The notes under the pieces were generated by a model. It was not told the DNA's origin. It searched no databases and saw only the letters and a program-made list of their open reading frames with translations. The position numbers were made by a program, and so were the translations under genes. Positions 36,513 through 49,696 of a stretch of 64,000 nucleotides of DNA are shown here, in pieces (the stretch's first letter is position 1; every line of letters begins with the position of its first letter). Source of the DNA: Rhina ancylostomus. Its lineage: Eukaryota. The DNA lies in assembly GCA_030265395.1 (NCBI GenBank), contig JARFYF010000052.1, positions 110,310,017 to 110,374,016 on the forward strand. The letters are read 5' to 3'.

Positions 36513-37457
36513 GTACAACAAACGTGTCTCACTGAGATTTAGAATTCAGAACAAGGAGCACTGAAACACACACGTGTATGTTTTGACCTAATTTTGTATT
36601 AGAAAATTTTTCCCACTGATTGCAATTAAGCTGTTCAGCACAATTAAGCCTGAGAGTGCGGCTTATCCGGTTGTCAAGGTACATCTTTGGGATTTATGAC
36701 CAGAAAGCTCAGCAGTTTCCAGGACTTCAGGAACAGGTGAGAGCTGGCTTCAGAAATAAAGTTGCCATTTGAAGATTTGCTCCAGGTAAGTACAGTCAAA
36801 TGTGGGGTTGAAAGCAGGTACAGTGGCTCACTGTTCAGGAAATTTAGGGCCAAGAAGTTCTATTTGCATTATATGGGATGTCTGGATTTTTATTTCAGCT
36901 CTGGAAACTTATCAATTTGTTTTCATATAAATCAAATATTAGTGACTTTGCCTATTTTTGTTTCCAGTATACTGCTCCTTGAATCTATCATGCCGGGGTT
37001 TCTTGTCTGCAATGATTTAACTGTACTTATTCCTACATCAACTTCCGTGCAAATGCCCTCTCTTCTGGTATTACCGCAAGGCAAGTGAAGCTTTAGTAGC
37101 CCAGACCTCACATGTTTGTTCCTGGAGACCCACATCTGCCAAGTACAAGTGGAGATTAGAAACTAGAGTCTCTCAAGGTGTTACTCAGAAAGCCTGTGTT
37201 CGCACTGTCGGCTCTGTTTGTGGACTCCAACTGAAGCACTGATTACTGGGGTTTTGGAACCTGAGGGTTTGGCTGGGAGCAGGCCACACTGTAAGGTAAA
37301 TGGGTAGCAGGGAAAATGGCTGCCAAGGATGCCCACCCCTACCTTATTTAAGTGGCTCTGGTAATCCGAGCCAACTGTAACTGAAGAGTAAGCTCTGTTG
37401 TCACGGAACATTCTAGGAGACACAGCAGTGTAGGACACCCAGAAATTTAGTCAGAGT

Positions 37458-37572
37458 AACAACACACAAGATGCTGGAGGAACTCAGTGGGTCAGGCAGC
37501 ATCTTTGGAGGGAAATTGGTCCATCTTGTGTGTTGCTCTTGCTTTCCAGCATCTGCAGTCTCTTGTGTCTCT
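37458..37572. repeat. Internally deleted Penelope-terminal palindrome
   Basis: caacacacaagatg...catcttgtgtgttg inverted ends, same family as 33651. Confidence 0.75.
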
Positions 37573-38054
37573 GATCAGGGTAACAAGCCTGTCAAATTTC
37601 AGAATTGTTTGCTTTTAACTGCATGGAAAGGATTTGAAAATTAAATCTTTAAATATTGAATTTTAAACAAACTGAATTTGTACAGGTTTTAAAAAAGGCA
37701 CTGGGACAGAGGCAGTTTGACTTTTCTTCCGGGGATCAATTAATGGTTTGGATGGCCTAATTAAACACTCATGTCTATTGTAGAACGAATGATTCTTTCC
37801 ATGGGTGCTCAGCTAGAGATGGCAGTAGAGAAGATATGCAACTGAATTTTCCTGAGTGTAGTCTTTCACCTAGACTTGCCAGTTTGATTTCGCCATTGCC
37901 TTGCACTCACTGTTTTGGAGAAACCTAAACTGGAATTTTAACACAGGCATCAGAGCCAGAAGATTGACCCACGACCCCAAGGGAGGAGGGGAAGATGGGT
38001 TCTCCAGGCCGACACTCTCCCAGGCGTGTCTCCCAATTTACCCTCCCGACAGCT

Positions 38055-38185
38055 CAACAACCTTCTTTTGTCTCCTTCCCAGTTCTGATGAAGGATCTAT
38101 GACATGAAACATTAACTCTTGTTTCTCTTCCCAGAGATGTGGCCTGACCTGCTGAGTATTTCCAGCATTATCTGTTTCTATTTTA
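38055..38185 (+). mobile_element. Penelope terminal repeat with hammerhead-like motif
   Basis: agttCTGATGAaggatctatgacatGAAAcattaact followed by gcctgacctgctgagtatttccagcat. Confidence 0.7.
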
Positions 38186-41100
38186 CTCTCCCAACAATGT
38201 CCAGGTGACCACCCTGCTCTCTCAGTTCTCCAGAGAGCAGTATGTTCAGAGCCTAAGGTTTTCTAAACCACTGGTAATGAAATCTGACCTTCAGTGGCAG
38301 AGCCATACCCATTCATCTGAGCCTTGACTGCATTAGCCATCCAGGCTGAAGACACTGTTACCCTAAACTTTCCAGCCTCCTGATGATTCAAGGCAGTGTT
38401 GGCTTGATCTGTGCCATATATCCCAGTCCACTATTCATCTCAGAATTAGGAGATGTCACCGTTCCCTATTCAAGGAAAACGTATTATGTTTACTTTGTCT
38501 TGAACAGAGACCATCAGCTGGGTATTTAAGCAGACATAAGAGAACTGGTGGCTTCCCAATGGTTCAGGGAATGATAGACTGCATTTGTGGACTTACTGAC
38601 ACCCCTACTGAGCTGTGTAACACTGAGTCTGTAAGCTCTTATCTGAGGGACCAGCAAGATATGAGACTTTGTGCAAATTGATATCTTTGGAAAATCTATT
38701 TTGAGCCATGGAGTGATGTACAGAAAATGTTCTACAAAATCAATGGATGAAACCTGGACCAGCAGCTGTACAAGAAGTGTAGATAACGAAGGCGGTAAAC
38801 TCATGGACATACTTGCCCATCCTTGCAGTTGACTTTACAAATACACCTTTGTGATAGCTATTTGCCAGAATCCAGATCATTATGTGGTAAATGCTTGGAC
38901 ACCACACCAATGAAGAAGTCTGTCAGCTGAAGAATCATTCACAGTGATTTCCCCTTTGAGCAAAGCCAACAGTTGATCTTTAACCAGGCCTTTATTCACA
39001 AGATTGTGTTTAATGTAATATCAGCAAATAGAATTTACTGCCCATTCCAAAGACATCAATTATTTCTAATAACTATGGCTGCTCACCTGGCCTTTAAAAT
39101 TCCTTCATCTCTCAATACCCAAGCAATTATTGTCCACACCTGACTTTCATCTTAAGTCTTAGTAATTGATCAGCATGAACTTCCTCTGAATGGTACCAGG
39201 GAATCTTCTGCTGATAGAAATAAAGGAGGAAATGTCACAAGCTCAGGAAACCATTCATGGCAATGGTACAGTTTCCTTGCACTGATTACTTTTCACACAC
39301 GTTGCACGTAGCTAAGGTTAATCTTGCAACAATTGCCTCTCTTTGCTGGAGAGGAATGGTAATGTGCTGTAGAAATGGACACACATTAAAACGATGAGTT
39401 CTCTCCACTGGGTATTTGCATTCAAGCACATTCAACTAATGAATGATGAACATCATGCAGGAGCAGTATGTGTTGCTCCATCTTGTAGAGGCATCTGCAA
39501 CCATCTGCCACCTTTGTTTTTCGAGGAAGTCCTGGCACGGAAAAGATTTAAATAAAAATTTAAATTAACATTAGTGCCAAACCATTAAGGTGATGGGAAT
39601 TTAATATTTAAACATAGATGTTAACTAAAAACCCATGTGTTCTCTCTGAATGCCTTCCAGTTTGCTGCTTTGCAAATGTCTGTGATGGATGATTATGAGC
39701 AGCACCTGGAAGAGATGGGTGGAGACTGGAATCTTGCTGTGGCTGACTGTGTAACACAGGTCAGGGTGAACTGACAGGGAGAGGAGGGATGCTGACATCC
39801 TGAGAGATGACAGCAGTTTTATGCTCCACAATGCCAGTAGACGTTGGACAATGTGCTATGTGTTTGCTGTGACCCAGATTCTATAATTACCATCAAACCT
39901 CCAGATCCATACCAACATATTTGATTAACTGCCAGATGGGAATAGTCTTCTCTGTAAGCAAATGAGTTCCCAAGGTTATTAGGTTTCTGTCCTGGAAGAA
40001 AACCAGTCTGTTCTGGTTTGTGCAGCTAGAGACGCCACTGAGACTGGATGACCCCTACCTGTGCCCTCAAGGAAGCAGAAACCTGCTGCATCAGCTGCTG
40101 GACCATGAGATTGCCTCCCCACCACCTCCCGGCAGGAAGGTCTACATCATTTATAGTCTTGAAACAACGCACCTCTGGCTCTACATGAAGTCATGTGAGA
40201 AGTTGGGGAGGACTCTTCCCTTTCTGTGCCTTCACTTGGATTCTGTCAGGCAAGCCAGACAGTGCACTTAATACTTCAACAGCGATCTATATTGGACAAT
40301 GGGCTATGCTCCTCTTTTGCAGTTCTCATTAAAGTCCCCTAGTATTAAAATGCAACCTCCTCCTACCAGGTTGCATTTAACTTTTCATCTGGCCTGCCTG
40401 CAGCCCACAAGCACCAGGTGTGTGCTCAGTCCTTGCACCACCAACATCCGAATTGGTGTGTTGTGTCAGGCGCAGCGTTGCAGTATCCTTCCTGTTTTCA
40501 CTTCCTCAACCATGATAAAGCTAGAATGTGATCATGGTGAGCGTGTGGCATTGACAGGCAGGAGTAACCAGCTAACATGCAGATACATTGAGTCAGAACA
40601 TTCAGTACTATGAGGAAAGATGGCATGGTAAAGGTTCAGTGGATACTTGCTTACCTGGGATATGTAACATTTCCAGGGGACTGTAACATGAGTGACATCA
40701 ACAACCCTCCAACCCGGTGAGATTCTGTGATTGGAAGGCTCCCCCTCCTGTTTATTACTTGTATCACTTGTTACATGCAACTTTGACTTGAAAGCTGAAA
40801 ATTATTTTCAAAGTGCTGTAACATAGGTCTCCCCTCTTAGTGACCATTCACTTAATAAATCTTCGCTACAACAAACAGTTTTATTTAATTTGTTATTTAA
40901 GAAAGGTTTCATTTGCTACAATAAAGTATAGGAACACATGGAGACTTGTCTTTCAAATGTAGATCCATGAAAAGTAGTAGCATTCAATAATCTTTTTGAT
41001 TGGGTTAATGAGAAGAAATCTGTGAAACAAACAAGCTATTTAAAATGGGGGGAAAAATTATCTGGAGCACTTGCCCTCTTCCATCTGGCAACAATAACCA

Positions 41101-42059
41101 TTGGATGAATGTCTTGTAAGTCTTAACTGAAATAGACAAGCTCATCTAAACAAGTGCAGTTTACTTTAGATTTTATTGCATCCTTACTGGAAGGAGGTTG
41201 ACTAGCTTCTGACTTTTCTTACCATCCACAGCAACTGGCATCCCACATGAAAGTTAAAATTTTACTGTTCCTACTGAGATAAGAAAGTTTGATATCTTAA
41301 AGGCCAGACTTGCTTTCAGGTTTTGACTATGGCCCTTGATGCTTTCAAATCTAACTTGCTAAGTATGGAGAAATGTTTTTAGAAAAAGTATGGGTACTGC
41401 AATAGAGACAGCTGATCTTATAGTCTTTGAATAGTGTGAAATACCCGGTTCTATTGATAGTGAGCTCCCAATCTTGGAATACAGTTCAGTATACCGTCTT
41501 GTATAACCCAACCAAATCTTTTAAAGCATTGTTCAACTTTGTTTTGTGAATTTATTGTCTTTTGTTACAAGATATTCTGTTGGATCACACCTGAGTCTAA
41601 TCAAGTAAGATCCATCTACATGAGTAAATTCACAGCACAGATCACTGGCTAGCAACTGGGAGAGGACACACCTTACTAGCTGGGGAGCCCAAGTCATCTC
41701 ATTGCTGCTTAGCTAATTCAACACAGGTTAACAATCAACTTAGCAACCCCTTTGCTGCATCTGGCAAAGTATCACAATGATTTATTAATAGATTGTTTTC
41801 TGTGGGGAAAACCCTCAAAAGTGGAAAGTCAAATTACAATGTTGGCATGTGATTGCTTGTCAATACATTTGTTATGCTTTACAATTTCAGACAATGTTTC
41901 TAAATTAATATTTATTTTGAACTTAAAAGGAATCCAAAGCTGACTTAATATAATAATTCTGAAGAAGCTTGAAGATTCTTCAGCTCATTCATGAAAGTCG
42001 CATGATTTTCTTTCCAACCAGCCTTGATACTGCTGGGCGCCTCGTCAAATGTCACCAAC

Positions 42060-42620
42060 GTATACATGTATCTTTTGCTAAGATTTAGCAAATGAAATAT
42101 ATTGTGAAGAAATGTGAAATTAACCATTTTGGCTTGAAAATAAAGCAGCAAATTAACTAAATGGTGAGAGATCGCTGAGGTCTGAGCTGCAGATTGTGCT
42201 GAGTGTCCTACTGCATGATTTGTAAAAGGCTAGTATGCAGGTACAGCGGGTAATTAGAAAAACAGAATATTTATTGCCAGGGGAATTGAATAATAAAAAA
42301 GTAGGGAAGTTATGCTCCTTAGTTGCTATTTAAAAAAAAATGGAGTTGCCCATATAATAGAGATAAGTGGAAATCCCCTCTCTGAGGGGGGAGGGAATGA
42401 GTCTTTGGAACTCCCTTCAAAAGGCAGTGGGGAAATAAAAGAGTCTGAGTATTTTTAAAGCCAAGGTGAGTAGATTCTTGATAAGCAAAGGAATGAAAGA
42501 TTACAGCAAGTAGAGGGAAAGGCAAACTTGAAATTATGATCAGATCATCCATAATCTTGTTAAATGGCAGAGCAGGCTTGAGGAGCCAAATGCCCTACTT
42601 TTCTTCATTCTTACTTGTTT
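42060..42620 (+). mobile_element. CR1 3' fragment
   Basis: KCEINHFG motif; CR1 3' UTR gatcagatcatccataatcttgttaaatggcagagcaggcttgag. Confidence 0.75.
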
Positions 42621-42727
42621 ATATTGTTGTGAAGCAAAATAAAAACAATTTGTCTGTTTAAATTGAACCACCATTTCTTCATCCAGTGTAAGAAATGAGA
42701 AAGTTTTGATTGTTTGTGTTTACATAG

Positions 42728-42869
42728 GTGCTGGCATCTGTAAAAAATACTATTGAGAAGTTTGCCTCGACAAGGGAAAACTTCACAACATTTTTAACCC
42801 AGTCTCGCGAAAATCTGCTTGCTCGGGTTGAAATCCCTCTAACACGCAAAGGAGAACTAACAGACAAAG
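42728..42869 (+). CDS. FHIP1A: FHIP1A coding exon
   Basis: catag|GTG...AAA G|gtaatg, 142 nt, phase 0/1; VLASVKNTIEKFASTRENF. Confidence 0.92.
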
Positions 42870-43369
42870 GTAATGTCTAAAACTTTATTCAAGCTTGCAG
42901 TTATGAAATCAAATACTTTCATAGCACAATAGGCTGCCACTGGCTCCAATGTACCTCTGCTGGCATTATGAAAGAGCTATTCAATTCCATGCACTCCCTT
43001 GCCCTCTCCCGACATTCTTATAATTTGCCCCACACCTTAAAGCATTTATCAAAAAAGTCACTAAGCCTAATTAGATCAAAAATCGGACAAGGGTCTTATC
43101 TGCAGTGTTCAGGATTTAATTGATTCAAGGAACAAATTAAAAGTAAAATTAATAAAAATTTATCTTCAAACATGCTTAGCTGTTTTTGTAGAAGTATTGA
43201 ATGGATGTCCAGTATTTTTTAAAACTGATTTTGGATTGAATACTGATTGAGATTGAATACAAGTGGTAACCATTTGCAGATAAGTTGTTGTATTTGTGAA
43301 ACCCTTATTTTCTTTTGGTTATTACATGCTTCTCAAGATTTTGTAAGTTCTAGATGACTTCACTTTAAG

Positions 43370-45900
43370 TAGAATCATAGAACTATTTCAAGACTGAAGG
43401 CCATTCACAGCCCATTTATGCCAGCTGCTAGGTGAGCAACCCCATCAGTCCCATTGTTCTGCTTTTGCCCAATAGCCCTGCAGATTATTCTCTCTCAAGC
43501 ACCTGTCCAGTTTCCTTTTGAAAGCCTTGTTTGATTTGTTCCCATCATTGTACAGGTAACGAGTTCCAGATAATTAACTATTTTCTACCTAGTAAAAAAA
43601 ATTTGTTCACATTTACTATGTGCTTCGTGGTCTTTGAATTGTTCAATAATGGGAACAGCTTCTCTCTGTTTTATCTATGTAAATCAGTAATGATCCTGTA
43701 TAGCTCCATCACATTTCCCCTCAGCTTTGTGTTTCAAAGTGAACCTCATCTCCAGTCTAATTTCATAACAGAAATCCATTATCCAGTCTGCCCAATCTGT
43801 CAGCCTATACATGTTCTCTTGCAATACTATTACTATTCTCTTTACTGTTACTATACTTTGAAGCTTCATGTCATCTGCACACCCATGTCCAAGTTAACTA
43901 TACATTTGCAAAGGAGCAGTGGTCCTAGCACTGAGCTCTGGGAACACAGATATCGACTGTCCTCTGCCCTGAAAAATAATCATTTATCGCTACTCCTCGC
44001 TTTCTGCCTTTAAGCCAATTTCCAATCCATGCTGCTGCTGACCAGCCTTTTGCATGGAACTTTATCAAACACCATCTACTGGAGTCCCTTCATCAACTTT
44101 CTTGGTTGCCACAACAAAAGAGTCAGTCAGGTTAGTCAAAATTTATTTGTTTTTAAACAAGTACATGCTGGCTTTTATTTACTCACTTCAACTTTTTAAA
44201 AGTATCTTTCTTTTCCTATTATTTTTAAGAGCTCATCCACACCAAAGGTTAGGTCAACTGGTAACACGTACTTAGAGAAAGGTTTTAAATCTGCCATTTT
44301 CTCATCATCTTGTCACCTTTCCTGTATCCATGTAGAATACAAATATTACAGCAGGTTGTTCTGCAACCAGCAAACCTCGCTCCCTCAGCAAAAAAGGATG
44401 CATTACATCTAGACCAGGTGACTTGTTCACTTTAAGCATACCCAGCCTTAATAGAACTTTCTCCCATGCATTTTCTGTTATCTCCCGAAACTAAATTTAG
44501 TGGCAACATGCTCTTCCTTAGTAACCATTGACACAGTATTTATTTAGTATTCCAACTATGCCATTGATGAGTAGATCACAACCTTTTATCCCTGGTCTTA
44601 CTAGATCTTACTGCTCACTACTGATGTGCCAGTAGAAGACACTTTCATTCTCTTTTATGTTAACTGCTATGGTCTTGTATTCTTTCTTCACTTGTGTTAT
44701 TTTTCTTTTCAGCTCACTATATTTAGCCTAGGTCTCACTGGAGTTATTCACCTGGCAGTGTTTCATTTACCCTCTAATGTCACCTTTGCTATTCCCTTTG
44801 TCATTCAGGGAGGTCTGGTTCTTATATCTTTCTCCTGTGGGAATGTAGCTCCCTCTACCTGAAACACCTGCTCAAGAGTACTGCTGGAGTTTTACCTACC
44901 AATACTTGGTTCCATGTCACTCAAGGCAGATCGCTTCTCATTTCATTTAACTTACCCCACCTCCAGTTAAGAAGTTCTGCTTTAGATTGTTCCTCGTCCC
45001 TCTCCATTATTAAACTTTATGATTGATGATCACTGCTCTCTTATTTCCCAGAGCCAGATCCAACTGTGCTTTGTTCTTTGTTGGGTCAGAAACATACTGA
45101 ACACCTAAGTTCTCCTGAACACTCAACAGATCCTCTCCTTCTTCACCCTTTACTCTAACATTATTCCAATCAGTAACACAGCCCTTCAATTCTTGGAAAT
45201 ATCTGTAATTTCACTGCAGGTTTGCTGCTTTTGATTTGATAGCCCATGAAATACTCCATTAGTGCTTTCATACTGGCTACCAAAAATGTACTTGACTCCT
45301 CATGGGCAACAACTCTCTAATTCGTAATTAGTACTGCCTAAACATCCCTTTTTCTTCCTTCTGTATCATTTCTGCTGGAATATCAAGTGCTCAGTCCTAT
45401 TTTCTGAGCCACATTTCAATTACTGTCACAACATTATAATTTAACTGGTATTCTATTTGTAGAATCCTAGTTTTGCTTCCAATTCACCAATCTTACACTG
45501 CAACCAGTGTAAGTAAGATTGGAAATACAAATAAGATTCTACAAATAGAATACTAGTTAAATTATAATGCAGCAGTAACTGAACCCAGTTTTTGTATTCA
45601 TTGTTGTGTTGGTCTTCTCCCATTTAGTACTGTGATACTTCTCTATTTTTATCTAACACATTCACTGCTTTGTGCATCTTATTCCTCTTCTTTCACAGTA
45701 TGGTGTCTATCCCTTGCCAAATTAACTAAAACCATCTCCAGCCCTACTAAACAAGCTCCCCACACAGACACTGCTTAGACCCGTTAAGGTAGAAACTTAT
45801 CTGGGTTGAACAGGTCCCTCCAAATGTCTCAAGCCCTCCAGCCCCTTGTACCTTTTTCATGCATTGATCAACATCATTTTTCTAGCCAGGCTAGTGAATG
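43370..45900 (-). mobile_element. Old, long CR1-type LINE remnant
   Basis: agaatcatagaa tail at 43371; minus strand LQENMYRLTDWADWIMDF; cccagagctcagtgctaggaccactg (PQ.SVLGPL). Confidence 0.7.
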
Positions 45901-47410
45901 GCATGGGGAATAATCTGGACACAACTAGCTTCATAGTCCTACTTTTTAAGCTACCTCAGTAATTCCTGAAACTTTTGGCAGTAAGTCCTCAATATTTTTA
46001 CTCCCTACGTTATTGGTTGTGACATACAGTAGACTTCAATCTCTGGCTCCTCCCCTTAGAGCCTTTGTGATCTCTTTTCATCCTAGCACTAGGTGGTAAC
46101 AAACAATGCAAAACCAAGATTGAAGGTGAAGTCAATGCCTGTCTGTACCCCTGCAGAATCCCCCATGACTGCATTGATAGCCTTTTCTCTTTCCCCTGTC
46201 CCACATGCTGGACTGCACTTCTTCACCAGTCACCCCCACCAATCTCTAATGTTGAATAATGATTTGAGTGAGACATGCAGCCTGATGATTCCTGCACTTC
46301 CAATCCTTTCAGATAATTACCTTGTCCTCTAAGCCCGAGAATTGGCCACTTTCAAGAACATGTGATCAGGAAGCTTAAAAATCCTGATTTTTGAGCTCAA
46401 GTAGATGGAGGCACATTGCCCTAAAGTTCTGTTATCGTGCAGGAATTACAAGGGATAAGTCTTAGTTATCTCTCCTTGATATACCACCTTCCTTTTATAA
46501 ATAATTTGTTAATCTGACTTGAATACCGATCTTATTCTTGATGAAATTTACCCACCCCTCCTTCCCACCGTGACCAAATACCAGAGATAAACATCATTCA
46601 AATCTGCCCTTGTTTTGAAAGCTGCTTTGTCTATTTCTAATTTATCCCTTGTTTTAAAATAGCACAACAGCACCTCTTTCACCCACTTCAGCAAATTGCC
46701 ATGCTTACCATTTTCTGACTTTTGCACTGTTGTGAAGTTATGCACAAACTGTTACAAAAAAAACTCCCATTTTCAAGCTCTGACTTAATTTGTTTATTAC
46801 TAACACTGTAAAGCAAACTAGAAGGTTAAAGTAAAATATTAAGTGATTGATTGACTTAACCAAATTTTGAAGAGAGATCATCCCCTTCCATTTCTCATAT
46901 TCTTGCACTCTGTTAAAGTCACATTAAGCTGATACTGCACTTATTCTATATAAACACAGTGACTATAGACTGTATCAGCATCAAGGATTATACCAGGTCA
47001 GGTAGATCACGGTTATTTAACAAGACAACAATTACGATCAAGACCAGCTAGTCTACCACCACTGCTAGCGGTCATATGACTTTCTGCTTGGGGCCATATT
47101 TGTTTTGAAGTCCTGGACTAGTTTACAAGAAAAAATACGGTCAGAAGAAAACTTCAAAATGAATCCAGAAGAAAATCTTATGTACAGTTGTGAAATCAAG
47201 TTGTTCTTGTACAGTTAGTTACACAAGGCTAAGACACTGTATTCCCTTATCTTAATGGTATTCAATTTTTAAATATTTATAAATGAAAATTTAGATCAAC
47301 TGTCAATGTGGAAATGTTAAGAGTAAATGTGAATTGTAGAATATGAAAATAAGTCATTTTGAGTAACAATTGTATTTTTGCTTTTCTCAAAAAAAACCCC
47401 TCTCTTGCAG

Positions 47411-47610
47411 AAAGCGAATACAAGACACCAAGTAGTGCCCAAAATGCACACCACCTTTTGAATAGTTTCAGCAAGACAGCGATGCCTTCTAGTGTGAAAA
47501 ATTCCATCAATGCAGCTGTTATCTTCACTGAATTTCTTAAGGAACTTGCAGCAATTGCACAAGAACATTCCATCTTATCTCATTCTTCTCTTGTGGACTG
47601 TGAAGAATAA
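47411..47610 (+). CDS. FHIP1A: FHIP1A terminal coding exon to TAA
   Basis: ttgcag|AA AGC...GAA TAA; AAVIFTEFLKELAAIAQEHSIL is the FHIP1 C-terminal signature. Confidence 0.93.
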
Positions 47611-48922
47611 GAGTTAACTACTTTGAAGAAGTACAAATAATACAAATGATACATTCTCCTTTTAACTTTTTTTCCCCAAAACAAAATGTATTTCTACCAA
47701 GCCTTAATACAAAATGACTGGATAGAGGAGTGGGGGAGAGTGGACTACTTTATCTCAACAAATGAGAAAGAATCTCAGAAGCCGAGCTCAGTGTACTCAC
47801 CTAAAAGTTCTGTTTTTAAATGTAGTCACCTTATTTTTGGAATAGGCACAAATAATTGTCTCTCTATGCAAGCTGAATTGTTCTGGGGGCAAAAATATTT
47901 TAATTATTTAAAAAGGGTACTGTATTTTTGAATATATTTAAATAACACAAATACACAATCTTCTGGCTGTTCGTGGAATTGAGATGTGCATATCTGATTC
48001 AATTCTTCTATTGACATTCTGCAACATCACACTGCAAAAAAAAACCCACCAAAGACCATTTGAGAAAGTAACAAGATTGTCTGCCTTGAAGATATTGGGG
48101 GGTGGGGGGGAGGAAGAGAGAATAAGTCTTTCCACTTAAATGATAGTTTGTCTCTTCTATTTTTTAGATCACATTTGGAGTTTCATGACAATTTATTTTT
48201 TAAGCAAATAAGATAAAAGTTGAGCATGACTATTAGAAGAAAAGTAACAACCACAAACAAAGGCATGAAGTTTGTGGATATCCTGATATTGTTTCTATAT
48301 GATTTAAAAAAAAATTGTTGCATGCAGTGTTGGTGGCAGAATTCATGAGGCAACAGAGATTATTGTTGGTGTTGAAGTTACCTTGACATTATTTCCTTTT
48401 GTAACATCGGTAGGTATAAGGAACAAATTTCTAAAAGTTAATAGAAAAAATATTTAAATACAAGTCTTAAGTGGAATATTTCTGGCTTTATAAAATGAAA
48501 ATATTTTTATTGCATCTAGATGCTTCTCCAGAATTGAGGGTTATTGGTATTTATACTGTAAATAAGCAGAGAAGTTTCTTCTGAAGAGCAAGATAACTTA
48601 TTAAAATATTCTCTGTGTATTCAGTAAAAATAATTGCCTGTGTGTCTGTGTACAAGCTGCAACTTAAGCTCTCCCCTACAGAACTATTTATTTGAATAGT
48701 GGTTTGATTTCAAGCATTAGTTTTCCAAAAATTCAGCAGAATGTTTGTTATTTTAGAGTGTTTATATATCCTAAAGTAATATCTAAAGCAAGATGATTGG
48801 AAAAAGCAACTTTCTCAGCCACAAATGTAATATTTTGCAATGATGCAAGTCCTTGAATTAACTGGGCAAAGTTTGTGCAATCCACTGCAATCTATAATCA
48901 GGAGCGTAGAAAAGATCTCATT

Positions 48923-49026
48923 AATAAATCATTCTTGTGCCAGCTTAGCAACAGTACTAGAAAAGGAATTCTAACTGCAGTTTCAAGCTTAAACTCACAT
49001 CAATCCAAGTTCATAAGCAAAATAAA
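48923..49026 (+). promoter_or_regulatory. Candidate FHIP1A polyadenylation signals
   Basis: AATAAA at 48923-48928 and 49021-49026 downstream of the FHIP1A stop; AT-rich context makes chance hits likely. Confidence 0.35.
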
Positions 49027-49204
49027 TTTTGTGAATAGAAATCCCATACTGGATCTCAGCCACCAAGTTCACTTCAGGGTACTTTAAAATGGAACAGATC
49101 TGTATTCAGTTGAAATCACTAAGCACAACTGCGATTGACAAACAAAAAATGGCTGTCACTGCAAAAAAATATGCCACAAGTAACAGAACCATCCAGCTAC
49201 ATCT

Positions 49205-49210
49205 TTTATT
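49205..49210 (-). promoter_or_regulatory. Candidate GATB polyadenylation signal
   Basis: AATAAA on minus strand about 290 nt after the GATB stop. Confidence 0.4.
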
Positions 49211-49497
49211 TATCATTTTCAAATTAATTTCATTTACTGAAAACTTTTTTCCTCATAACTAGTACACAATCTGGTCACAATTCATCATGGGAGCAATGAA
49301 CATATCTGTGCAAATAATGCAGACAGCACAATTTTTTAAAATTATGTAGCAGCATTAACCTCCAAAGTTATGGCAGAATCTCCAATGTCCGATTCATGAA
49401 ATCCCAAAGTCATGGTAAACGATTGGAACAAAGCCCATGCAAAAGTACAATCTTAATTCTGAGCGATTCCAAACAACTCTGGAAATAATTTTTGCCC

Positions 49498-49650
49498 TCA
49501 ATCTTGATTTCTATGGTGCACATTTACGGACAATTTCTTTTCCAAAATAGCCTTCACCAGGGTGGGGGATGTACGACCATGTGTTGCTCTCTGAACCTGG
49601 CCAATAAGTTTATTTACCACTTTCCAGTTTCCTTGCTGTATTTCAGAAAC
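49498..49650 (-). CDS. GATB: GATB terminal coding exon to TGA
   Basis: ttttag|GTT...GAT TGA; VSEIQQGNWKVVNKLIGQVQRATHGRTSPTLVKAILEKKLSVNVHHRNQD*. Confidence 0.92.
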   Translation of the reverse strand, partial: VSEIQQGNWKVVNKLIGQVQRATHGRTSPTLVKAILEKKLSVNVHHRNQD

Positions 49651-49696
49651 CTAAAATTGAAAGGAAAAGATGTATGTAACCAGTGTAAACCAGTTT

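Noticed and set aside
46960-47001. Possible 42-nt phase-1 cassette exon of FHIP1A
   Set aside because: Poor polypyrimidine tract, weak gtagat donor, no recognisable homology; needs RNA-seq
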